Source of the DNA: Flavobacteriales bacterium
GTDB taxonomy: Bacteria > Bacteroidota > Bacteroidia > Flavobacteriales_D > Sanyastnellaceae
Assembly (NCBI GenBank): GCA_947456965.1
Contig: CANGTU010000010.1
Coordinates: forward strand, 6,711-70,710
Reading direction: 5' to 3'
Length of the DNA: 64,000 nucleotides
Positions 37,660 through 46,542 of this stretch are shown piece by piece. The number at the start of each line of letters is the position of its first letter. The first letter of the stretch is position 1. The notes under the pieces are model-generated. The model searched no databases. It was not told where the DNA came from and was given only the letters and a program-made list of their open reading frames with translations. Both the position numbers and the translations under genes were made by a program.

Positions 37660-39066
37660 TCAGATATGAATTGCGCGCTTTGCGGTTGCATCCAGCGCCG
37701 CTTCACGGAAGCTTTCAGTGAATGTGGGGTGTGCGTGTGAAATGCGTGCGATGTCTTCTGCACTTGCGCGGAATTCCATAGCGACTACAGCCTCGGCGAT
37801 CATATCCGCACAGCGGGGACCGATCATGTGAACCCCGAGTATTTCATCGGTATCCTTGTGTGCAAGCACTTTGACCAGTCCGTCAGTATCCATGCTTGCC
37901 CTTGCGCGGCCACTTGCTTTGAATGGAAAGGAACCCGCTTTATACGGCGTGCCGTTTTCCTTGAGTTGCTCTTCAGTGTAACCTACACTTGCTACTTCCG
38001 GCCAGGTGTATACCACGCCCGGAATCAGGTTGTAGTTGATGTGCGGCTTTTGTCCTGCAATGACTTCTGCCACAAAGGTTCCTTCTTCTTCGGCTTTGTG
38101 GGCGAGCATAGCGCCCTTCACTACGTCACCAATGGCATAAATGCCTGATATGTTGGTCTGAAGATGAGCATCTACTTCCACGCGTCCGCGCTCATCAATC
38201 TTCACCCCGGCTTTTTCCAGCCCGAGGTTATCGGTATATGGTTTTCTTCCCACAGCCACGAGGCAGTAGTCCGCATCAAGCACGAGCTCTTCACCTTTGT
38301 TGTTGTCCGCCTTGACAGTTACTGATTTTCCTTTGGCTGTGACCTCTTTCACTTTGTGCGAGAGGTAGAATTCAAAGCCCAGCTTCTTCAGCGATTTTTG
38401 GAGCTCTTTTCCCATGGTGCGGTCCATTGTGGGGATGATGCTATCCATAAACTCCACCACGCTTACTTTCGCCCCGAGACGTGCATAAACGCTGCCTAAC
38501 TCGAGGCCAATCACACCGCCGCCGATTACGACCATGTGCTTAGGCACTTCAGTCAGCTTGAGCGCTTCGGTGCTCGTGATTATGCGTTTTTTATCAATTG
38601 AAATGAATGGAAGCCCCGCGGGTTTGGAGCCGGTTGCAATGATGATGTTCTTTCCAGTGATCTTTTCAAGAATACCGTCTTCTTTGGCTATCTGAACGGT
38701 GTTCTTATCCACAAACGAGCCGTGGCCATGGTAAACGTCAATCTTGTTTTTCTTCATCAAAAACTGGATCCCGCCCACCGTCTGATCCACAACGTCCTGC
38801 TTCCGCTTAATCATCTGGGTCAGGTTGACCTTGGGCGCTGATTTCAGGTCAATACCGTGCTCCCCGAATGTGTGCACCGCCTGATGATAATGCTCTGATG
38901 AGTCGAGGAGTGCTTTGGACGGAATGCAACCCACATTCAGACAGGTACCGCCGAGCGCGTTGTAGCGTTCTATCAACGCGGTTTTCATTCCGAGCTGTGC
39001 GCAACGGATTGCACCTACGTAGCCTCCGGGTCCTGACCCAATTACCACTACATCATACGCATTCAT
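37660..39066 (-). CDS. lpdA: dihydrolipoyl dehydrogenase
   Basis: YDVVVIGSGPGGY FAD motif, redox-active disulfide GGTCLNVGCIPSK, and C-terminal HAHPTFTE. The ATG at 39066 is preferred over the track start at 39108. Confidence 0.92.
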   Translation of the reverse strand: MNAYDVVVIGSGPGGYVGAIRCAQLGMKTALIERYNALGGTCLNVGCIPSKALLDSSEHYHQAVHTFGEHGIDLKSAPKVNLTQMIKRKQDVVDQTVGGIQFLMKKNKIDVYHGHGSFVDKNTVQIAKEDGILEKITGKNIIIATGSKPAGLPFISIDKKRIITSTEALKLTEVPKHMVVIGGGVIGLELGSVYARLGAKVSVVEFMDSIIPTMDRTMGKELQKSLKKLGFEFYLSHKVKEVTAKGKSVTVKADNNKGEELVLDADYCLVAVGRKPYTDNLGLEKAGVKIDERGRVEVDAHLQTNISGIYAIGDVVKGAMLAHKAEEEGTFVAEVIAGQKPHINYNLIPGVVYTWPEVASVGYTEEQLKENGTPYKAGSFPFKASGRARASMDTDGLVKVLAHKDTDEILGVHMIGPRCADMIAEAVVAMEFRASAEDIARISHAHPTFTESFREAALDATAKRAIHI

Positions 39067-39085
39067 TCGACGTTTATTTAGAGTG

Positions 39086-39120
39086 CAAATGTACTGTGCT
39101 GAGGCCATTGGCTATTCAAA
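39086..39120 (-). promoter_or_regulatory. candidate lpdA promoter (-33 TTTG, -7 TACATTTG)
   Basis: The minus strand has TACATTTG (plus coordinates 39086-39093) 20 nt upstream of the ATG, and TTTG at plus 39117-39120. The 23-nt spacing is slightly longer than the canonical 19-21 nt. Confidence 0.3.
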
Positions 39121-39185
39121 GCAGTCTGTTGATATCAGGCGTGGTTTAGGGAAAATGGGACCTTGCGAAATCAGAAATTTGGATC

Positions 39186-39737
39186 ATGGTGAGCTATCTC
39201 GACCTTATTCTGCTTATTCCTATTGGAATTGCAATTTGGCGCGGCTGGAAGAACGGCTTCGTAATGGAAGTGTTTTCAGTGCTTGCGCTGTTCGTGGGCG
39301 TGTATCTCGCAGTGCATTTATCAGATGCCATGACGTCCCTTCTCAGAAAGAAAATGGATGTTCAGGCCGAATACCTTCCTGTGTTTTCGTTTGTGGTGAT
39401 TCTACTATTGGTCGGAGTAGGTCTGTTTTTTCTGGGAAAGGTTATTACCAATCAGGTGAAGTCCGGCGGTGGAGACAAACTGAACAGCTCTGCAGGAGCC
39501 TTCTTTTCACTCGCTCGTTATCTGCTTATTCTCAGCGTAAGCTTCCTGTTCTTCAATGCTCTCGATGCGAAGTATGATATCCTTCCCGAGCAGCAAAAGG
39601 AGAAGTCGTATTTCTACAAGCCGATCTACCAGTTTTCACTCACCATTATGCCTGCCATTGAGGGCAGTAATTTCTACCAGAAAATGCAGGAGAAGGGCAT
39701 GGCGCCGGTGTTGGTGGATAGTTCTGCTTCAGAGTAA
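39186..39737 (+). CDS. cvpA: CvpA-family membrane protein
   Basis: N-terminus MVSYLDLILLIPIGIAIWRGWKNGFVMEVFSVLALFVGVYLA and a four-TM layout typical of CvpA. Confidence 0.8.
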   Translation: MVSYLDLILLIPIGIAIWRGWKNGFVMEVFSVLALFVGVYLAVHLSDAMTSLLRKKMDVQAEYLPVFSFVVILLLVGVGLFFLGKVITNQVKSGGGDKLNSSAGAFFSLARYLLILSVSFLFFNALDAKYDILPEQQKEKSYFYKPIYQFSLTIMPAIEGSNFYQKMQEKGMAPVLVDSSASE

Positions 39738-39756
39738 CTCAACTGCGATTGACAAG

Positions 39757-39782
39757 AAAAGGCCCCGTAGGGAGCCTTTTTT
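39757..39782. terminator. bidirectional hairpin terminator between cvpA and sdhB
   Basis: AAAAGGCCCC-GTA-GGG(A)GCCTTTT with A/T runs on both sides. It serves the convergent genes ending at 39737 and 39805. Confidence 0.55.
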
Positions 39783-39804
39783 ATGTCGTAGAAAAACAAT
39801 TGAG

Positions 39805-40572
39805 TTAATTCTCCGGCTTCACCAGCGCACCGAAATACTCGCGGTTCATGCGGGCGATGACTTCAATGGAAATGTTCTTCGGGCACTGCACTTCGCAGGC
39901 ACCAATGTTAGAGCAATTACCAAAGCCCTCTTCGTCCATTTGCTTGACCATATTCACTACGCGTTCCTTGCGCTCAGGATGGCCCTGCGGGAGGAGTGCA
40001 AACTGAGACACTTTAGCGCCTACAAAAAGCATTGCAGAGCTGTTCGGACATGTTGCCACACACGCACCACAACCGATGCACGTAGCCGCGTCGAACGCAG
40101 TGTCCGCATCTTCTTTGGCAATGGGAATGGCGTTGGCGTCAAGCGTGCGACCGGAGGTATTCACCGAAATGAATCCACCAGCCTGAATGATGCGGTCAAA
40201 TGCGCCGCGATCTACCATCAGATCTTTGATCACTGGGAATCCCTGGCTGCGCCATGGCTCGATGTAAATGGTGTCGCCATCGTTGAATGAGCGCATGTGC
40301 AGCTGACAGGTAGTTACTCCGCGGTTAGGACCGTGAGCCTCTCCGTTGATGAACATGCTGCACATGCCGCAGATGCCCTCTCGGCAGTCGTGATCGAATG
40401 CAACAGGATCATCTCCTTTGCGGATCAGATCATCATTGAGCACATCAATCATCTCAAGGAATGACATATCCGGCGATACACCGGTGATGGTGTAATCCAC
40501 CATTTTTCCGGCTTCGAAACTGTCTTTCTGACGCCAGATCTTGAGTTTCAAGGTCATGTTTTCGCTGCTCAT
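39805..40572 (-). CDS. sdhB: succinate dehydrogenase/fumarate reductase iron-sulfur subunit
   Basis: 2Fe-2S cluster [11 protein letters not shown]. 4Fe-4S and 3Fe-4S clusters [12 protein letters not shown] and [13 protein letters not shown]. Confidence 0.92.
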   Translation of the reverse strand: MSSENMTLKLKIWRQKDSFEAGKMVDYTITGVSPDMSFLEMIDVLNDDLIRKGDDPVAFDHDCREGICGMCSMFINGEAHGPNRGVTTCQLHMRSFNDGDTIYIEPWRSQGFPVIKDLMVDRGAFDRIIQAGGFISVNTSGRTLDANAIPIAKEDADTAFDAATCIGCGACVATCPNSSAMLFVGAKVSQFALLPQGHPERKERVVNMVKQMDEEGFGNCSNIGACEVQCPKNISIEVIARMNREYFGALVKPEN

Positions 40573-40573
40573 A

Positions 40574-42574
40574 TCACTTGTATGATCGTTGTGAAACTTT
40601 TATGTTTTCGTAGATGAGGGCTTCTTTGTGCAATGCAGGATTCGACGCGTCACCGGTGAATTTCCAGGATGACACAAAGTTGTAGGTGTCGTCCATGCGA
40701 AGCGCCTCGCCGTCCTCGGTCTGAAATTCTTCTCTGAAGTGACCGCCGCATGATTCCTCGCGGGTAAGAGCATCAATGCACATCAGCTCACCGAGCTCAA
40801 GAAAATCCTGCACACGTGCGGCTTTTTCAAGCTCGGGGTTCATGCCCTTCATGCTTCCGGGCACTTTTATACCCTTGTCGAATTCAGCGCGAAGCGCCTT
40901 GATTTCTTGAATGGCTTGCTTGAGACCTTCGGCATTGCGACCCATTCCGCATTTGTCCCACATGATTTTACCCAGCTTCCTGTGGTAGTAATCTACAGGG
41001 TTGGATCCATTGGCGCTGAGCAGGGCTTCAAGGCGCTGGCGCACCGCAGTTTCTGCTTGCGCAAATTCAGGAGTATCGGTGGAAATCGCGCCCGTGCGGA
41101 TTTCATCGGCGAGGTAGTTACCTATCGTGTATGGCAGCACGAAGTAGCCGTCTGCGAGGCCCTGCATCAGCGCTGAAGCACCGAGGCGGTTTGCTCCGTG
41201 ATCACTGAAGTTGGCTTCACCGCAGGCATAGCAGCCCGGAATGGTGGTCATCAGTTCATAATCCACCCAGATACCGCCCATCGTGTAGTGAACGGCAGGG
41301 TAAATCATCATGGGCGTTTTGTAAGGGTTTTCGGCCACAATCTGCTCATACATCTGGAACAGGTTGCCGTATTTGGCCTCTACTAGTTTTTCACCCAGCT
41401 CCCGAATCTGATCTTCTGAGGCGTTGTGAATACCCCGCACAGTGGCCTCAGTCCGGCCATAGCGCATGATAGCTGCGCTGAAGTCGAGATATACTGCCTC
41501 GCCTGTTGCGTTCACTCCGAACCCGGCATCGCAGCGCTCTTTTGCTGCACGTGAGGCGACGTCACGCGGCACGAGGTTTCCAAATGCCGGATAACGGCGC
41601 TCGAGGTAATAATCCCTGCGATCTTCAGGAAGATCGGTGGGCTTGAGCTTCTTGGCGCGAATGGCCTCTGCGTCTTCTTTGAATTTGGGAACCCAGATTC
41701 GTCCATCGTTTCGAAGCGACTCGGACATCAGCGTGAGTTTCGACTGGTGATCACCGCTCACAGGTATGCAGGTCGGGTGAATCTGCGTGAAGCACGGATT
41801 AGCGAAAAACGCACCGCGGCGATGTGCTCTCCAGCCGGCCGTCACGTTTGAACCCATGGCGTTGGTGGACAGGAAGAATACGTTGCCATATCCGCCGGTG
41901 CAGAGCACCACGGCATGTGCGGAATGACGCTCCAGTTCACCGGTGACCAGGTTGCGGGCAATAATTCCGCGGGCCTTGCCATTCACAATCACGAGATCGA
42001 GCATCTCGTGGCGGTTGTACAATTTCACATTTCCCTTTCCGATCTGGCGGCTCATCGCTGAGTACGCCCCAAGAAGAAGCTGCTGACCGGTCTGCCCTTT
42101 TGCATAGAACGTGCGGGATACCTGTGTTCCGCCAAATGAGCGGTTGTCCAGCAATCCACCGTAATCCCGCGCAAAGGGAACGCCTTGAGCCACACATTGG
42201 TCAATGATGTTCGTGCTAACCTCGGCGAGGCGGTGCACATTGGCCTCCCGGGAGCGGTAGTCGCCGCCTTTAATGGTGTCATAGAAAAGGCGGTACACGC
42301 TGTCACCATCGTTCATATAGTTCTTGGCGGCGTTGATACCGCCTTGGGCAGCGATGGAGTGAGCGCGCCGAGGACTGTCCTGAAAGCAGAAGGCCTTTAC
42401 GCGGTAACCCATCTCGGCAAGTGATGCTGCAGCTGAGGCACCAGCAAGACCGGTGCCTACGATGATTACATCAATGTTGCGTTTGTTGGCAGGGTTGACG
42501 AGGCGAACGCTGTTCTTATACCGGGTCCACTTCTGATCCAGGGGACCTTCGGGAATTCGTGCATCGAGCTTCAT
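40574..42574 (-). CDS. sdhA: succinate dehydrogenase/fumarate reductase flavoprotein subunit
   Basis: [16 protein letters not shown] fold, the covalent FAD region [17 protein letters not shown]...[11 protein letters not shown], and CGGHFREE. Confidence 0.93.
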   Translation of the reverse strand: MKLDARIPEGPLDQKWTRYKNSVRLVNPANKRNIDVIIVGTGLAGASAAASLAEMGYRVKAFCFQDSPRRAHSIAAQGGINAAKNYMNDGDSVYRLFYDTIKGGDYRSREANVHRLAEVSTNIIDQCVAQGVPFARDYGGLLDNRSFGGTQVSRTFYAKGQTGQQLLLGAYSAMSRQIGKGNVKLYNRHEMLDLVIVNGKARGIIARNLVTGELERHSAHAVVLCTGGYGNVFFLSTNAMGSNVTAGWRAHRRGAFFANPCFTQIHPTCIPVSGDHQSKLTLMSESLRNDGRIWVPKFKEDAEAIRAKKLKPTDLPEDRRDYYLERRYPAFGNLVPRDVASRAAKERCDAGFGVNATGEAVYLDFSAAIMRYGRTEATVRGIHNASEDQIRELGEKLVEAKYGNLFQMYEQIVAENPYKTPMMIYPAVHYTMGGIWVDYELMTTIPGCYACGEANFSDHGANRLGASALMQGLADGYFVLPYTIGNYLADEIRTGAISTDTPEFAQAETAVRQRLEALLSANGSNPVDYYHRKLGKIMWDKCGMGRNAEGLKQAIQEIKALRAEFDKGIKVPGSMKGMNPELEKAARVQDFLELGELMCIDALTREESCGGHFREEFQTEDGEALRMDDTYNFVSSWKFTGDASNPALHKEALIYENIKVSQRSYK

Positions 42575-42595
42575 ATCGTCGGTATAGCGGTTTCG

Positions 42596-43288
42596 TTATT
42601 TTATCAGATCAAAGTACATCGCAACAGGCATGGACGCGAAGAGAGCGCAGATAATGACGCTGAATGCATCGCCTGCAACGGCAATGGCGCCTGTATACTT
42701 ATGCTGGCCAATACCCAGCGTCTGAAAAGCGCTCCTGAAACCATGGAGGAGGTGGTAAAGGAGAGCAAGGCATCCGAGCACGTAGATAACGACTACCAGC
42801 GGGCTTTGAAAGACCATGTCCATCTCAGCATACAGGTTTTCGTAGAGATGTCCGTCGATGAGCACGGCTTTCTGGTCAACGGAGAGCTCCGTAACGCGCG
42901 TCTTCACCCAAAAATGGGCCATGTGCAGGACGAGGAACAGGAGGATAAGCGTGCCGAGCAGAGCCATGCTTCGTGAATACCACTTGCTGCTGACCCCTGC
43001 ATTTTCGCGGGCGTAGCGAACGGGGCGGGCTTTCCTGTTCTGAAAGTAAAGCATGAGGCCATCCACGATGTGCACGATGAAGCCGATGAACAAGCCAATC
43101 TCAGCTGTGCGGATCAGCACATTGGTGCCCATGAAGTGCGCCCATTGGTTGAAGGTGGCGCCTTCGTCGTTGAAGAAGATCATGGCGTTGATGCCGGCGT
43201 GGACAACAAGAAACAGGATCAGAAAAAGGCCCGTCAGTGCCATCCAAAGCTTCTTGACGATCGACGATTTGAAGAGCGGTGTTGCCAT
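42596..43288 (-). CDS. sdhC: succinate dehydrogenase cytochrome b subunit (b558 family, five TM helices)
   Basis: First gene of the sdhCAB order. It is hydrophobic, with conserved His residues in the helices (VVHAGINA, IVHIVDG, VLHMAHFW, LLHGFRS). Confidence 0.85.
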   Translation of the reverse strand: MATPLFKSSIVKKLWMALTGLFLILFLVVHAGINAMIFFNDEGATFNQWAHFMGTNVLIRTAEIGLFIGFIVHIVDGLMLYFQNRKARPVRYARENAGVSSKWYSRSMALLGTLILLFLVLHMAHFWVKTRVTELSVDQKAVLIDGHLYENLYAEMDMVFQSPLVVVIYVLGCLALLYHLLHGFRSAFQTLGIGQHKYTGAIAVAGDAFSVIICALFASMPVAMYFDLIK

Positions 43289-43431
43289 AGGTTGAGTGAA
43301 TGCGGATTTCCTTTCGATTTGCTGGCGAAATTAACCGCACGCGGGGTTAATCAGCCCGGCTGAAGCATGATTTAAATGGAATTCAAACACCACTTCACCG
43401 CCTGCTGTTCAGCGGATGTAACCGAAATGAA

Positions 43432-43459
43432 AAAGGCGGACCCATGAGGATCCGCCTTT
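43432..43459 (-). terminator. Rho-independent terminator after tsf
   Basis: Minus strand: AAAGGCGGA-TCCTCATGGG-TCCGCCTTT followed by TTCATTTC. Confidence 0.6.
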
Positions 43460-43478
43460 GTGCTGATTCTGAATATGA

Positions 43479-44306
43479 TTAGTTCAGGGCAAACCGAACG
43501 AACTCAGTGACCGTCAGGTCCTTATCCGAGGTCTTGAGATATTGGCTCACAGTGAGCTTGCTGTCCTTGATGAACTCCTGGTTAAGCAGGGTGGTCTCCT
43601 TGAACCATTTGTTGAGGCGCCCGAGGGCAATCTTTTCCGCCATGTCCGCAGGTTTGCCTTCGTTAATGGCCAGCTCTTTACCGATTTCAATTTCCTTCTG
43701 CTTGATGTCTTCAGGCACCGAGGATTCATCAACAGCGACAGGTGCCATCGCGGCCACCTGCATGGCCACGTCTTTGGACACCTCATCATTGGTTTCTTTG
43801 TTGAAGCCCACCATGGCCGCGAGTTTGTTGCCCGGGTGATTGTAGCAGTACACACGTGGAGCAGACACCACGCCGTAGTAGGAGAGATCTATCTTCTCGC
43901 CGATTTTGCCAATCTCTTCGGTGATCTTGTCACCGATGGTCAGACTGGTACCCGGGTAGTTCAGGGCCTTGAGTTCCTCCAGAGAGGCTGGATTCTTTTC
44001 AAGGGCTTGGTCGAGGATGGTATTGGCCACCTGCCCGAAGTCCGCGTTCTTGGCAACGAAGTCGGTTTCACAATTCAGCACGATCAGCGCGCCGCGTGCA
44101 CCATTGGCGGCTGGACGGGCAATGACAAGGCCTTCATTGGCATCACGATCGCTCCGGTTGGCGGCGACTTTTTGGCCCTTCTTCCGAAGGATTTCAATGG
44201 CCTTGTCAAAGTCACCCTCGGCTTCCGTCAGGGCTTTTTTGCAGTCCATCATACCCGCACCCGTAATGGTGCGCAGCTTATTTACATCTGCAGCAGTAAT
44301 GCTCAT
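43479..44306 (-). CDS. tsf: translation elongation factor Ts
   Basis: MSITAADVNKLRTITGAGMMDCKKALTEAEGDFDKAIEILRKKG is the UBA-like N-terminus of EF-Ts. The gene follows rpsB. Confidence 0.95.
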   Translation of the reverse strand: MSITAADVNKLRTITGAGMMDCKKALTEAEGDFDKAIEILRKKGQKVAANRSDRDANEGLVIARPAANGARGALIVLNCETDFVAKNADFGQVANTILDQALEKNPASLEELKALNYPGTSLTIGDKITEEIGKIGEKIDLSYYGVVSAPRVYCYNHPGNKLAAMVGFNKETNDEVSKDVAMQVAAMAPVAVDESSVPEDIKQKEIEIGKELAINEGKPADMAEKIALGRLNKWFKETTLLNQEFIKDSKLTVSQYLKTSDKDLTVTEFVRFALN

Positions 44307-44364
44307 GGATTGGAGATTTAAAACAAAGATTGGATTGTGTGGTCAATGGGATGTGACTCCCGCA

Positions 44365-45144
44365 TTAGGCCTGTGCGGTTGTCCTGCGACGCCCACGCCC
44401 TTCCGTCTTCGGTTCGGAAGCGGCGGCGGGAGCATCCTCCGTTTTATCCTTCTCGACCTTACGCTCTGACAAACCCTCGGCAATGGCCTCAATCACCACG
44501 TCCAGGATCTTGGAGATCGACTTGGTGGCATCATCATTAGCCGGAATAGCGAAGTCAATCGGGCGCGGATCACTGTTGGTGTCAACCATAGCAAACACGG
44601 GAATGCCAAGTCGCTTGGCTTCTGCTACAGCGATGTGCTCCTTCATTACATCAACCACGAAGAGGGCGGCGGGAACCCGGTTCATATCTGCTATAGATCC
44701 GAGGTTCTTCTTCATTTTCATCAGCGTGCGGTTGAGCTGAAGGCGCTCACGCTTGCTCATGGTGGCGGCAGTACCATCGGACTCCATTTTTTCAATGGAT
44801 GACATCTTGCGCACCGCCTTGCGGATGGTAACGAAGTTGGTGAGCATACCTCCGGGCCAGCGCTCAGTAACGAAAGGCATGCCGATGGCACTCACCTTTT
44901 CAGCCACGATGTCCTTGGCTTGCTTTTTTGTAGCGACGAAAAGAATGCGCTTTCCTGACTTGGCGATTTGCCTGAGGGCATTGGCCGCTTCATCCAGTTT
45001 CACCACAGTCTTATTCAGGTCGATGATGTGGATCCCTTTCTTCTCCCCGAATATGTAGGGAGCCATGTTCGGATTCCACTTGCGGCTGAGGTGGCCAAAA
45101 TGGACACCGCTATCCAGCAGCTCTTCAAAAGTTACTCTTGCCAT
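44365..45144 (-). CDS. rpsB: 30S ribosomal protein S2
   Basis: LLDSGVHFGHLSRKWNPNMAPYIFGEKKGIHIIDL; ...FVVD...E..AV.EA..LGIPVFA.VDTN. Confidence 0.95.
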   Translation of the reverse strand: MARVTFEELLDSGVHFGHLSRKWNPNMAPYIFGEKKGIHIIDLNKTVVKLDEAANALRQIAKSGKRILFVATKKQAKDIVAEKVSAIGMPFVTERWPGGMLTNFVTIRKAVRKMSSIEKMESDGTAATMSKRERLQLNRTLMKMKKNLGSIADMNRVPAALFVVDVMKEHIAVAEAKRLGIPVFAMVDTNSDPRPIDFAIPANDDATKSISKILDVVIEAIAEGLSERKVEKDKTEDAPAAASEPKTEGRGRRRTTAQA

Positions 45145-45258
45145 TATGTCTGTTTTCTCTTGTTTACGTTCTCTTAAGCAACCGCCTGGTAGCCATATGC
45201 AAGCACATGAGTCCGGGCAGTTTGGATGCTAAACAAGCTGGATGGCGCTCTCCTGCGA

Positions 45259-45648
45259 TTAACGCTTGGAGAACTGGAAGCGCCTCCGTGCTTTGCGCTG
45301 ACCGAACTTCTTGCGCTCTACCATCCGCGGATCGCGCGTGGTGAGGCCGTGCTCCTTCAGCTGTGATTTCCACTCCGGATTCAGCTCAATCAGTGCTTTG
45401 CTGATGGCGAGGCGGAGTGCCTCTGCCTGACCAGTGATTCCACCACCGTCGAGATTAACCTTCAGGTCATATTTGCCCTCATTGCCCGTTACCAAAAAGG
45501 GTTGGTTCACCTTGTATTGGAGCACGAGCGTAGGGAAATACTGTTTGTAATCGCGGCCGTTGATGGTGATTGCACCGCTGCCTTCGCTCATGTAGATGCG
45601 GGCAACAGCGGTTTTACGGCGTCCGGAGGTATTGGTCGTAGAAGACAT
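45259..45648 (-). CDS. rpsI: 30S ribosomal protein S9
   Basis: GRRKTAVARIYM..G.G.ITINGR; the C-terminus RDPRMVERKKFGQRKARRRFQFSKR. Confidence 0.95.
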   Translation of the reverse strand: MSSTTNTSGRRKTAVARIYMSEGSGAITINGRDYKQYFPTLVLQYKVNQPFLVTGNEGKYDLKVNLDGGGITGQAEALRLAISKALIELNPEWKSQLKEHGLTTRDPRMVERKKFGQRKARRRFQFSKR

Positions 45649-45656
45649 GAAAAAGG

Positions 45657-46106
45657 TTATCCTTTAAGTTCGTAAGGTTTCGGTTGCTGGGCCTGCTGCT
45701 GGTGCTCTGTTCCGGCGTACACGTATAGATTGCGGTACACTTCACGTCCCAGGCGATTCTTGGGAAGCATGCCTCGAACGGCCATCTCGATCATAGCTGT
45801 TGGATGCTTGGCCATCATTTCCTTGGGTGTGGCAAAGCGCTGCCCGCCCGGATACCCGGTGTAGCGGACATAGACCTTCTCATCCCACTTCTTGCCCGTC
45901 AGGTGTACCTTCTCGGCGTTGATTACAACTACGTTGTCACCGCAGTCAGCATGCGGAGTGTACAAGGGCTTATGCTTACCCCGAAGCAGGGATGCTAATT
46001 CACTGCAGAGGCGGCCCAGAGGCTTATCGGTTGCATCTACGAGCAACCACTCCTTCTTCGCCGTTTCTTTGTTGGCGGAGATAGTTTTGTAACTCAACGT
46101 GTCCAT
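45657..46106 (-). CDS. rplM: 50S ribosomal protein L13
   Basis: WLLVDATDKPLGRLCSELASLLRGKHKPLYTPH.DCGD.VVVINAEKV.LTG.K; the rplM-rpsI order. Confidence 0.95.
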   Translation of the reverse strand: MDTLSYKTISANKETAKKEWLLVDATDKPLGRLCSELASLLRGKHKPLYTPHADCGDNVVVINAEKVHLTGKKWDEKVYVRYTGYPGGQRFATPKEMMAKHPTAMIEMAVRGMLPKNRLGREVYRNLYVYAGTEHQQQAQQPKPYELKG

Positions 46107-46150
46107 TTCGACTGATTTCTAGCCATTTCTCTTTTCCGAAAAACGGGCTG

Positions 46151-46181
46151 CGAAAATAGCACGAAATCCTTCCGCGCCAAA
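46151..46181 (-). promoter_or_regulatory. candidate rplM-rpsI promoter (-33 TTTG, 19-nt spacer, -7 TATTTTCG)
   Basis: The minus strand reads TTTG-N19-TATTTTCG, ending 44 nt upstream of the rplM ATG. There is one mismatch to TAnnTTTG. Confidence 0.35.
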
Positions 46182-46511
46182 CACTTTTCAACAGACTTTT
46201 TTCAACGGCCCTGAAATCAACAGTTTGCGGCGCCAGGCGGAGTGGAAAAACAGGCCGCCCTGGCTGCCAGGCGGTCAGTCCGGTTTGGGTCATGCCGTTG
46301 ATTTGAAAAAAGGGACCGTTGACCTGCCAGGGACGTCCAGATATGCATTTTCCGGGTTTCGAGGCGAACGCTGGGTGCATCTTTCAGTAAAACAAACGGA
46401 TATGCATACTACTCCTCTCACACATCGGGCGGGCACTCAGGGGATCTGGGTGTTCAACGACAAGTAATGCAAGATTTTTTTGGGTTAGTTGGTTTTGGTT
46501 TTGGTTCTCCA

Positions 46512-46535
46512 CAGCGCTGCCTCCGGGCGGCGCTG
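46512..46535. terminator. GC-rich 10-bp hairpin just downstream of the large OMP gene
   Basis: CAGCGCTGCC-TCCG-GGCGGCGCTG. On the plus strand it is followed by ATGGTTTTC. On the minus strand, which is the OMP gene's sense strand, no U-tract follows. Confidence 0.45.
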
Positions 46536-46542
46536 ATGGTTT

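Noticed and set aside
39556-40290. 244-aa plus-strand ORF antisense to sdhB. Similar long antisense ORFs lie at 5528-6160 (dprA), 15959-16669 (mnmG), 18043-18837 (adhesin), 31936-32613 (ALDH7), 35493-36065 (ABC ATPase) and 46909-47571 (OMP).
   Set aside because: All of these lie fully inside confidently assigned genes on the other strand and have arginine/histidine/cysteine-rich, motif-free translations. I treat them as frame shadows, not overlapping genes.
43542-44321. 259-aa plus-strand ORF covering almost the whole of tsf in antisense
   Set aside because: tsf on the minus strand is unambiguous. The antisense product is an H/R/G/V-rich string without motifs, which is typical of shadow ORFs opposite genes with strong codon periodicity. 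There is no independent start context or terminator.
46491-46506. Short GGTTTT tandem run, considered as a microsatellite or CRISPR-like repeat
   Set aside because: There are fewer than three units and no spacer-repeat periodicity. No other copies were seen. It is too short to be meaningful.
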